DNA from: Nageia nagi
Taxonomy: Eukaryota; Plantae; Pinophyta
Direction of reading: 5' to 3'
Assembly: GCA_050084985.1 (NCBI GenBank)
Contig: JBITNC010000002.1
Coordinates: 23,188,001 to 23,252,000, forward strand
DNA length: 64,000 bases
The first letter of the stretch is position 1. The number at the start of each line of letters is the position of its first letter. Shown here in pieces: positions 14,901 through 26,900 of this stretch. Made by a program: the position numbers and the translations under genes. The notes below the pieces were generated by a model that saw nothing but the letters and a program-made list of their open reading frames with translations, was not told the origin of the DNA and searched no databases.

Positions 14901-17900
14901 TGATAATTGCTCTGAACTGAAAGACAAAATCATTTATAATGATTCATGAACCAAAATTGCTATTGGTTAGAGGTTGAGTGGGAAGATTGAGACAAAGGAT
15001 GTCTGTTGAACATGTCTAAATGGGTATGACTACTTTGTTAAACGGGTTTCTCCCTTATATTCTTAAACATCTTCATTCGAACATCTTTCTGCCACAGGTT
15101 TAGGTTACCTACAAATAGTAGTGAAGCCATAGAAAGTTATAAACAAGAACGAAGAACCATGCGCATCCTTTATCCATTATCTCCAATGGTTTTAGGTTGC
15201 CAACATCAAATGAGAAACAAAGCCTTTCCTTAAGAGACTCAATATATAAAACAAGGAAGAATAAAATAAAACACTAAAACATATTAGTGCGTAAAGTGAA
15301 ACGTATCAGGTCTACCATTAAAATCACCATGTAGCTCCATTATCTACAGTGAAACTTTATGCGCACATCTTAAAAATATACCAAATTTGCCACCCTTTTA
15401 ACTTCATACATGTCCATATTCAATTTGACAGATTTCATTGCAATACAGAAAGTTTCATGTCCCACAAATTCTAATTGAATATTTTAATTCTCTTACAACA
15501 TGTTTATGTTAATAATAATAAGACTTATCTGCCCTAATACAATTCTATGTTCTATCAATGAGATCCTCAGCATGCATTATATCTTCTTTGGCCTCTCACT
15601 TGTATGTGAAAGTCATCATCATTGTGCATTGCATGGCCCTTTGTTTTGAAATTCATCAACTTTGCACTACTATCTACTTCACTGTCATGCTTTCCTTGTT
15701 AAATCTTCTTCAGCTTCTCTTTCCTCTCTGCATACTCATGTATCTTCTTTGGAATTGTTGGCAAGTTGTCTTATCTGTTTTCACTTTTCCATGAACTAGC
15801 ATTCCATTATTGTGCTCTTCCTGTCAATGAAATGTCTCTCTTAACTTGGCCATTCATTCAAATTATCTTTGTTTTGTAGTCCCTGTTGCAATTAAATATC
15901 CCTGGATTTTCCCTCATCTTACTTCAATTAGAAAACAGTAACAGTTTTAAGGTCCTTGATGCCTGATCAAAGTGATCAATCTTATTGTTCTTTTGCAGTT
16001 TCTTGCAGTATGATTTATTGCGATATTATTGTTAGTATATAGTCAATGAATAGTAGATATTGATTCAGTCAAATACAAAGATAATGTTTTCCATGTTACA
16101 TTTATTCAGAGATTATGTATAATGATGTGGGCATGTTCAGTAGTGATGTAAATAAATGGCAAGTTGAATCAAACTATGATCTCATTATACTGATAGTAAA
16201 AATACAAGGTTTGGAAATCATGTTGAAAAACTGGCTGAATTTGTTGAATTTTATTTGATGGTCAGTTAAAACTGAAATAGGGATACTTTCATAATTGATG
16301 TTCATTGATCACTGCCCACACCTACTTATACGATGTCTTAAAGTCTAAAAATGAGAAGTAAAGCTGAACAAAGTATAACTTACATTACTACAAGTTGAAT
16401 TACATTCTTTTACCTATCATGGGTGTTTGAAGAATTACTAATTTAGATAATTGGGAAGTTCAAGATAGCTTTTCAAGTCTATCATATTAATGTAATTGGT
16501 AAATATGATTAGTCTATGTCCAACAGTCTACGCATGGTTTATCCAAGTACTTAATTTTCATGTTGTGAGCTAATACGAGTGTATCTTTTCTTTACAGAAT
16601 ACAATGGTGTTGTTTTGTTGAAAACTTTGAATGAATATTTTTGTTTATTGAATTTGTGGTCCTATTTCTGATTATCTGGAAGTTACCACCATGCAAATCA
16701 ATACTTGTTGTGTTTACAATAGCATTCAAGAAATAAAGAGGATATGAGATAGTAAAACATGCAACCATTGATTGATTTTTGTGTGAAGGACAGCATTGGA
16801 GTTTATCAAGGGATTTGGAGATTGTAATGTTAAATTGTGTAAGCCTTTGGGGAAATGGACGGATGATTCCACGTGGCCCCTTGAGGGAATCCCTTGAATC
16901 ATTGAGACGAGCAGATATAATAGTTCTCCATCATGCAGATTTGGTATGTACACATTTAATGTTAGCATAATTGTAAACATTATGGGATTAATTTTACATG
17001 CTTATGATTCTGCTTGCAAGCTTATTATTCTGCTCATTATTGTACCTGTAGAATATGATCTATGGTGAACAATTCTAGATCATAATTCAATGTCGCTGAA
17101 CTGTATTGGTACTCTTATAAAACTAGGAAACTATTATATTCCTTTACTCTGTAATTGAAATTTGTTGTTTCTGTTACAAAAATTGAAAATATTATAGTGT
17201 GGTAATACTCTCGAAGTTTTTTCTTTAAATGCTTGGGTTGCCAGAAGTATTTTGTTTCTTAGCAGGATATAATCTATTTGTCTTCGACGATGTTGATTAT
17301 AGTATCCATAATCGGTGAGGTAATTCTCTAGTTGTAAAACACCAGATATTTTTTAGTCTGATTTTTATTTTCTGTATAGTCTACATGAGTACCTTGCAAT
17401 GTCAAAATTAGCAGCAGCACCAAATGAATTTCAAGTCTTCAGGTTCCCATGTTTGGTGAGGTAATTCTCTAGTTGTAAACTACCTGAAGTTCTTCAGTCT
17501 GATATTTTGTTTCTGTATAGTCTACATGAGTACCTTGCAATGTCAAAATTAGCAGCAGCACCAAATGAATTTTAAGTCTTCAGGTTCCAATGTTTGGTGG
17601 GATTGAGAAATATCTTGAATGAAAGTTCATCTAACACTGGAGAAAATAGTGGTGCTTACAACATTTGACCATTCATTACAGTCGTCACATAATCGGAAGA
17701 GTAAATGTTAATGCACCCATCTAATCCAATGGGACGTACATAAAGGACATGGTTTCATGAACTTCTAGAAAAATAATCTAATATGTAGGTTATTACATTA
17801 CAACATTTTGCATATTTACACATCAGGTGATTATACATGATGTGATCACACCTTCGAGGTTTTGAAACAGAATAAGTACATGATGTCATCACAAAGTTGT

Positions 17901-20900
17901 TTTTTTGCTGCGTGACTGCCCAATATTTTTATATTTTATTGCCTTTTGTTGTTTGTCACTACTTTGATATTTTTTAATTTCTCCAAAGCTGTGTTATTAG
18001 TGATTCCCTTCGTACCTTTTGAGTTCGATTTCTTGAAGGCTTTTATCTGCTTAGCAGCTTTTCAAGTCATTCTGATTTTATGCTGGATTTCTTCAACAGC
18101 TTCTTTTATTTTCTTTTTGTTCAGATCTCAGATGAAAAACATCAATATATTAGAGCTGTTTTGAAAGATTTGCTGAAAGAGAAGATTATCCCCACTTTTT
18201 GTAGCAGAATGGTCCCATGCTACTTCTTTAGAATTGATTGCCAACTTTCAAAGGTTCCTTTGATCGCAGTTCATAATATGGTTGTGTTGTGTGTTTCAGG
18301 CATTGGTTGCCCAGAATCACTCTCGTTAACCATGAAAAAGGTAAAACTATCTAAAGCATCCTGCTTTATTTCTACTTTTGTGCCTAACAGCATATAAGGA
18401 ATGAAATACTGTATTACTAGATATATGTTGAAAATATATTCCTTTTTAAAAGATATTAAGGACATTTCTCCTCTGTTTGTATGGCATGCCATCTTTTAAC
18501 TTTATAACTTTAGATGTAGTTGTCTTTCTCAAACACTTACAAAAGTTTTAGAGATTGAGCCAGTCTTATTTATACTTGCACATGCTATGCTTAATATAAT
18601 TCACCAACTCAAATCTTTTTATGATCTGGACCTGAATTGATAGGTAGAATCTGGGGTTCAAAATATATAAGTGTGGAAACCAATGTTTTACAGAAACACA
18701 GCTGCTGTGAATATAGTATAAAGCTTACAAATGAGCAATCAATTAACTACAGTCAAATAAAATTGAACATTTTGTTAAAATGAAAATCTATGAGAACAGA
18801 TGTAAACAGAGCACAACAATCTTTGAGAAAAGATAGGATGTTGCTCTGTGACTCTGCTACAAACATGTGTGTTGGTCAAAGGTTACGATTTTCAGAAGAT
18901 CAATAATATATTAATTAAGTTCAGAACACAAGCAAAAGACTTTAAAATTAGCAGCCCCTCATGCCCAAGCTAATCCACTATTCCCAGCACTTCTTGCAGA
19001 TTGACGGTGGGTTGATCACCCCACATACATCACATTACACTTACCTCTTAGGTTGAGAATGTTTCTCAGCCAGTTCCGGGTCTGTTCACACGAGTTGCGG
19101 ATTGAGTTAGATCATCACATACCCGGGAACAAAGACTCTTTCGTTTGTGTGATTTGTAGACCGAGTCTAAGGATCATTTTGTCTTTCGTTGCCCTGCTAT
19201 GAGATCCGAGGATGGTACCATTGTCTTTTCCGTGACTCCTACGGATCGCTATCCTCCTTCTAGTACATAGATTAGAGATGTGTGGCACTCTATATGCGGT
19301 AGGCTTTCCTTCTATGAAAATGCCTCTTATCTCACACTCAGCATCCAAGTAGTGACCGCCGCATTACATCCTTCTTTCAGCCTATTTCGAAGGAGGGATT
19401 CTGCAATAGGGGGAGAGATGTTTCCCCCCACCCTCCTGACGCACTAGGAGATGCCTACGAGACATCCATATTCCTTTCAAGTCTCAACAGATTACATCTT
19501 TTTTCAGAGCTTATTTAGTCATCGTTCTAGAGATCAGAGCGACTTCACCACAACACCAATATTGAGAGCGTCTTCACATTCTTCCTAGCTTGGCTGATAT
19601 AGCACACCTTGTTGTAGCTTTGATTTCATTGTGAGGGTTCTGACCCTTTTTGCAGCATAGTGTAGATTTGTTTCTTTATGTTTTAGCTTTAGTGGGGATA
19701 GTCTTGACCCCAAATTGCTAGCACACTTACCATATATGACCTAGTCCCATTGATCGCTTTTGGTCACCTGTGGACATTAATATACTTTCTTTCTTTCCAA
19801 GTCTATAAAATATTAAAAAGCAAAGAGCAAAAGCTCATTTAGAGATAGAACAAAGGAAAAGAGAAGACATACATGATCAAATATCTAAAAAACATCTCAA
19901 GAATACATCGGACAATTTTTTGGCATGCTTTAATGCTGTTATCTTCTTCCAAGCTTTTCCTTGACTCATATTCATAGGTATTGCAACAGATTGTAGAATA
20001 CATCTACCGAAGGTGGCCATGCCCCAAAATGGCATTAGACCCAGAACATGAGCATTTTGGACCCTACGTCCTAGATTTACAGCATAAATTCACCATCCTT
20101 TCACTCCAAAATACCAAAATGCCAAAATTCATCATTGAAGAACATAAGATGTCTATCAGCCTACCTCCAATCACCTAAGTCTAGATAACTTTTCTTTGTG
20201 TCAATTTGCAAAATCCTAATTATTAGATCTCTATATTACATTTAATTATTAATCCATTTTCTTTCATAGAGAGTTAATTATACATAGAACTATATATATA
20301 TATATATATATGAATTTAGGATATGCACATGGGAGTTACACAGGAAATGTATGGTTTGGTGAAATCCAACTAGACATGGTGGGGATGAGCTTTATATTAA
20401 TAGCATAGTTACAATGTTTGGAAAGCTCAATTTGAATGGAGGACAAAAACAGTTTGAAAGTTCAGAAAAATTTTGGTTTGGTTTGAATCGGAAACACACA
20501 CGTATATATATATATAAACCAGATCATGATGACATTTAATAGAAAATATTAAAATTTAAATATAATTAATTATTAATTAATCATAGAATACCAAATGGTT
20601 TACATACTAAGATAAAAACTAAAAGTTTATATATATATATAAACAAGATCATGATGACATTTAATAGAAACTATTAAAATTTAAATACAATTAACTATTA
20701 ATTAATCATAGAATACCAAATGATCTACATACTAAGATAAAACTAAAAGTTTTTATATATATATATATATAAACCAGATCATGATGACATTTAATAGAAA
20801 CTATTAAAATTTAAATACAATTAACTATTAATTAATCATAGAATACCAAATGGTTTACATACTAAGATAAAACTTAAAGTTTAAGTTGCAACTTGCAACA

Positions 20901-23900
20901 TTGAATCAATTGCAAAGTAACTACTAACTAAATCTTGCTTCATGCTCAAAATCTAAACTATTCATCTACGTCTGATTTTATGCTGCCAACAACATTAATA
21001 TCGTCATTATCTTCATTGTTGCCCTCATTTTCTTCAAAACATGGTTCTCCAAGGTGGGAGTTATCATGTTTGTATGGATCAAATCATGTGTCCTCCAATG
21101 TCTTTATCATGCAGAAGCACTAGAACATTGATTAAATATTATAACGTTAAATTTTTGCAACTTTGGAGTAAAATACCCATAATTTTGCCTCCATACAGCT
21201 AGATGCATCACACTTCTATCTAACTTTGCTTTCTTCAGTCCAAATATTTTCCCTTGATTTTTAAAAAGGGTAAGCTGCCCTTACACTTTACCTTTACCAA
21301 TTTCAATTTAAATCAGTCTGTCTATTGCTGAAAATAAATCTGTTTTTATTCTTTTCATCTCCATCTTGATCCACCCCTACTGATTCGAGATCTAGATAGC
21401 AAGTTGTTGTGTGTAAAGGGCGATGAAACATGGTCCAGTGGTTGTCTTCAATTTCCCAAATACACTTCACCTCTTTAGGATCGTTCCGAAGTGCTTTTTG
21501 AATTGTTTTTTTTTGGCTCTATCCATGTCCTCGTACACAAAACCCATGCAAGGCTTATCATCATCAACCATTCTCAAAATTTGGACAAGTCCCTCATAAA
21601 GTTTTGAAGTTCGCTCCTCGCCAATAATCGGCTGGCTGGCTGAAAAGTTTAATTGGTGATTCGGCAAAAGTTCGGAAAAAAATAGGAGAAAAAAAAACAT
21701 TTGTTTTTAGAATTCCAATTTCAATTTTGCATTACCAAAACATCCAAAAACAAAATACTGCATTAGAAATTAGAATATAGTGTTTTTTTGCATTTCATTG
21801 TGATATAGATCATATCAAAACAATTACATAATGGTGCAACCTTCATAAGTAACATTATGTAATCACTATGCAGTATTAAGTGATGAACTATAAACTCTAT
21901 AGTTCATAATTTCATACTGTTTAGTGAGTACATAATGTCAAAAAATCAGGAATTTCATATATATGGCATGTGCTTTTTAGTTTTCAAAAAACAAAAATTC
22001 ATATTGAAAATGCAAACATATCAAGGATGTGTTCTTTTCTTTCCCTCCCTTTGTCCTTTGTTGTTGCCCTTGTTCCATATGCCTTTGATGTTGTAGGTGC
22101 ACTTGGTGAGTTTGGCTTGTCTTGACTTTCAATTTCAAATGCACTAGCTTTTTCCACCTCCTTTTCTAGTCGTTCTAGACCATCCCCTTCAAGGATATCA
22201 TTTTCCCAGTCACCCATAGCATTGATCCATTCATTTGTTTGATCAATGTTATCCAAATCTATTGGATCTCTATCACTCCTCTCAATCCTTCTATTACACA
22301 ACCTTACGTTGTAATTTACAAAAAACAATTTGTCCAACCTTTCTTTCATCAATCTATTACGCTTTCTTGTATGAATTCGCTCAAATAAACTCCACTTGCG
22401 TTCACACCCACTAGCGCTGCAAGGTTGGCTTAAGATGCGTATTACCAATTGTTGTAGAAGAGGGCATTTTGCACCAAATGATTCCCACCACAGCTACAAT
22501 TTCAACAATTAAAAAAAGTCAGATTACATTCTATTTAATTTTAATTTTTTAAATTCTAAAAAAATTTAATTTTTACAAACATAAATAATTGATTCTGGAA
22601 TTTATGTTTTCCTGGATCTAATGCATGCAATACTAGAGAAAAGGTAGCCATTTGCATTTTTATATGTGGTCAACTCTCTCTGTATTTGCATAACTTTATC
22701 CTCATCATGTGCTAGCATCCTCTTTGTTGGGGTGTTTTTCTTTCCTACCCTGAAGCAGTGAGAAAAAAGCCAACACCTCAGGTGGATGGACGTTGCTCCC
22801 TTCTGCTATGGGGACTGGTTACCCCAAAGGTTTGGCTTTGTGAGCTATGCAAGGATAACCTAGGAGACAGTTGAGATGTTTAGAGCTGCCACCAACATGA
22901 ATGTCGTGTGGATTCAAGGGACTTTGAGTTTTGCGTTTGGGCTTTAACAAAGTTGTTTCTTGAATGCTAAAAAAGGGGAAATTTGGGGTGCGAATATCGC
23001 GAAAAAGTGGTGTAAAATAAAAGAAAATAAAGAAAGAAAAGATGGTGGAAAGAATGTGGGGATAGGATGTAATAGTGGGCATACAAGCTCACGGGCTTGG
23101 TAAAGACTCTTGGAAGCCGACTCACTTGGGTTCAATGCAGGTTCCAGGCATCCACTATCCAGTCCACTTGCCAACAACACCAATAGTTGAGTGGACAAAG
23201 TGTGAAGCTAGGGCAATGAGATAGGATGGGACCAAGGTGAGATTGAAGTACTTGGGTGAAGTTCCGGCGGCGAACAACATTAGTGAGACATCCCAAGACT
23301 ACCAAGCCAATACTGCAAATAGTAAAACATCATCCACGAGACATCAATCAACTGCTTAAGATGAGCAAGCAAGCTCCCGTCCACCTCAATGAAGTTTACG
23401 AGATGTGCCAAGTCAATTGAACTAACATCAAGCAATGATAGAATAAACATAGATAGCACTATCTATCATTCATTCACATCCACTATTCCAACATGAAAAA
23501 GTACATAATCACAATGGCATCCACATACACCACTTTTAACACTTAAGAGCAATTTGGCACAACAAAGTTTCTATTAAGTTGTCAAAATATCAATCCCCCC
23601 TTCAAATGAAGCAAAATGCAGTATAAATAGTGTTAAGAACAACCAACAATGTTGCCCTAACCCTAATTGCGAATATCAAGAAATACAGTGCGGTCCAATG
23701 AAAATATGCCACATGGAATTACAATGTTTCATCCAAACTCGTGGGAGCAAATCCTCTTCCTTCACGAGTTTGGGAATAAAAATAATATTAAAATGTCTAG
23801 CTAGAAAGTGCGAAAATAAAATCCTTCGGCCACGAATCTCTCCATAAGCTCCACTTCATGCAGCATCTCCAAGAGCTTTGGGCCGCTAGTAGCTATGTTG

Positions 23901-26900
23901 TCCTCGACTTTGTCCGCTAGCTTTTGCATCTCAGCCTTCCACGCGTGAGCTCGTAGCATGTGCCTCAGGTGACTCCTTGATTGGTATGAGTTCACATCGT
24001 CGGTCATTATCAGGATATGAAGGATATGTCTGACCTCTGCCACCTCATCTTCCTCTCGGATGGTGGTGTTCTTTTCTAGGAACCGCACTTGAAAGTCCAT
24101 CTGTTCTATGCATGAGTGAGCCCTGTCGTTGATCCCTGTTACTCCCTTCCGCACCTTTTGGAAACTGGTGATGATTTGACTATTCACTCCCAAATAGAAC
24201 CAATAGTCTTCACAAAGTTTGGCAGCTTCGAACCTCTCAACCTATGATGCCTCATAATTCAACAACATGGGTCTCTGAGAATCTAAGATCCTATGCAACT
24301 GAACCCTCTCGTTGACGATATACTTCAATTGTTCCTCTGCAAAAGAGACCTTGTGAAGAGCCCCAATGAATTGCCTCAATGCTGTCGAGACCTCATCCAT
24401 CACCTCTTACTTCACTGTCATCATGCCTTCTTTGAGGGGCTTCACCTTCCTAAGCTTTTCTGTGGGTACCTTGGTGGACTCAAGCTCCCGAGTCAATCTC
24501 CTTTGGGTAGCCAACTCCTCCTTCAAGCTCTTTATTTCCTTTTCCTTCAGTAGCCCGTCCTTGGCGATTGCCTCTGTGTTCGAAATGATTGCATGTTTCC
24601 TGCTCGTCACACCAATGGGGCCTGTGTTGATGATTTGGTTTATTTGTCTCAAGTCTTCGGGGGGTCTTGATGCATACTGTGTTTTCCATCATGTGCACAT
24701 AGGTTTGACTCCTCCCTAGATGAGTGGAGCTCTTCCCAATCTGATCACTAGCTCTTCTAGTTCTAAACTCCTCCCCTACATCCATGTTGAAGACATCGAG
24801 GCACTCATCCATGTCTACGCCCCACTCCGGGTTAGGCGAAGGTTGGTGGGTCTCAACGGTGTCGTTGACAATCTGGACTGAGACCCTCTCTTTAGTTGGG
24901 CTTTTCTTGGTATCGATTCTGGAGTGGGATTTTGGTCTTTCTTTTGAAATGTAGAAGGTCCTAAAGTGATGCGGTTATTGACTTCCTTCAAGATCTCCAA
25001 CGATGGCTCTTCTTCACCTTGTGCATCCTGTATATCCCTTTTAGGAACAATACTACTTGCATGCTTATCTCTTGGCCCTTCATCTTACTCATCCTCCGGA
25101 ATGCTCTCATACTTCTCTTCTTCAAGCATACTTTGCCGGTCACCATCTCCTTGCCCATCCACCTGTTCTTCATGAGGTGTGCCATGGTCTTCATATAGAT
25201 GGCCCGAGGACTCTGACCCTGATCGTGGAATGGTCTAAAACGGACGTGACACCACTGTCCTCGCTGGCCTTTGGGTTGGAGACGGATCTGGTCTTTGGTT
25301 TCTCACACATCTCACTACCTTATTGGTAGCCATGTGCTACAATTCCCTCACATCATGTTCATCAATTGTCCCCTTTACCTTATGTGCTACTTGCTCGACG
25401 GGAACCTTCCCATGCATGGACGCAGGTTGCCTAATGGGTTCCTCAATCGTTAGTGGAAACTGGGTGACCCTAGAGGTAGATTCTTGTGGTTTTCTTCCTC
25501 GAGATTGGGACAACTTCTTATGAATTGATGCTTCTACTTCCCGTTGTTGTTTCTGAGCCTCCTCTTGCATCTTGGCACGAATCTTATTCACTTCCACTTC
25601 GGTGCTGACGTTTCGAAACAACTCCTCATCTCTAAGTGGCCTATGTTCATAGGCCCTCTTCCTCTCCTTCATATAGAATCCATGGATTCGGTGCTTAGGC
25701 TCATAGTGGTTGGCGGTCCATATCTTCCTGAATTTGTACCTTCCCAACTCATCTATCATGGAGGTCACGTCTGCCCAAGCTCTACATTGATACTCTCCCA
25801 CTATGATTGGCAGATTGGAAGTGGCTGACTTCTTCTGCCAAACGTGCTCATGCAAGAAGGTCAACTGCCTCATCATCTTCATCAGGAGCATCCTATTGCT
25901 TACGTACCGAGGCAACTGATATGGCTCTATGATTGATCCGTAGAGGCGAATGTAGGAGTAATATTGGTGATGGATGAAGAAGTCTCCATGTTTCCTCAAT
26001 GCATCCTGGGCTGAGTTGGAGATTCTAGCAACAGTGATCTCTCCCTTAAGCTCCTTGTAGATTTTGTATTCCCATCCATCATTCTTCATTGTGAAATTCT
26101 CCCATCTCCTCCCGATCTTCCACTTTGGGTAGCACTTCCACACGACATATGTTCCCTTCTCGATCAAATCAGCCTCCCCTAAGGCAATGGGCCTTTGCTT
26201 GCCGTGGATCAACAGGTATACTAAGTAAGAATTGAGGTGAAATTTGTGTGTGGGTCCCACCGACGACAGCTGGTCCATGATGCTATCGCCCAACACCTTA
26301 CTCCATTTGATCTTATCCCCCCCTGACTATCTCCACGATGAAGCCGAAGAACTCTTTTCGGAACTTGGACGCATCCTCCTTCTCGAGAACTTGTGACAAC
26401 ATGAGGATCATTAATTCGACAGAGAGATGGAAGTGGGAGAGGCATTGATGAGCGTGTTACCCTTTAGGCCATATTGCTCATCGAACATCCAACACTTGAT
26501 TGTTGCGGTTGCTCTATTGGTGTTTCGATAGCATGCTAACGATTGCTCCTCCCTATACTCAAAATTGCCCTTCAAAGTCCACTGAAATACGACCTTAATA
26601 CCTTCGGGGCTAAAGTCCATGATGACATCGCCCTTGATGTCACGGAGCACCCTTTCACCTTTCTTCCAATGTCGGCCGACTTCCAGACACAGCTCTGGGA
26701 ATGGGGCTATGAATGGGATGAAGGCATTGTTTGAGAGCCTAGAGAAAAATATCTTGTTTGAACTCACTAAATGGCTTGTTTTTGATGTTTTCTCTCATCT
26801 GCATCAAATCCACCTTCTGCCTGTCTGTGTCTCTGATAGGGGCCAACCCATTCTTGGAGAACTTAACTCCCTGGGATAGGGAGTCTCCTTGCTCGCATAT

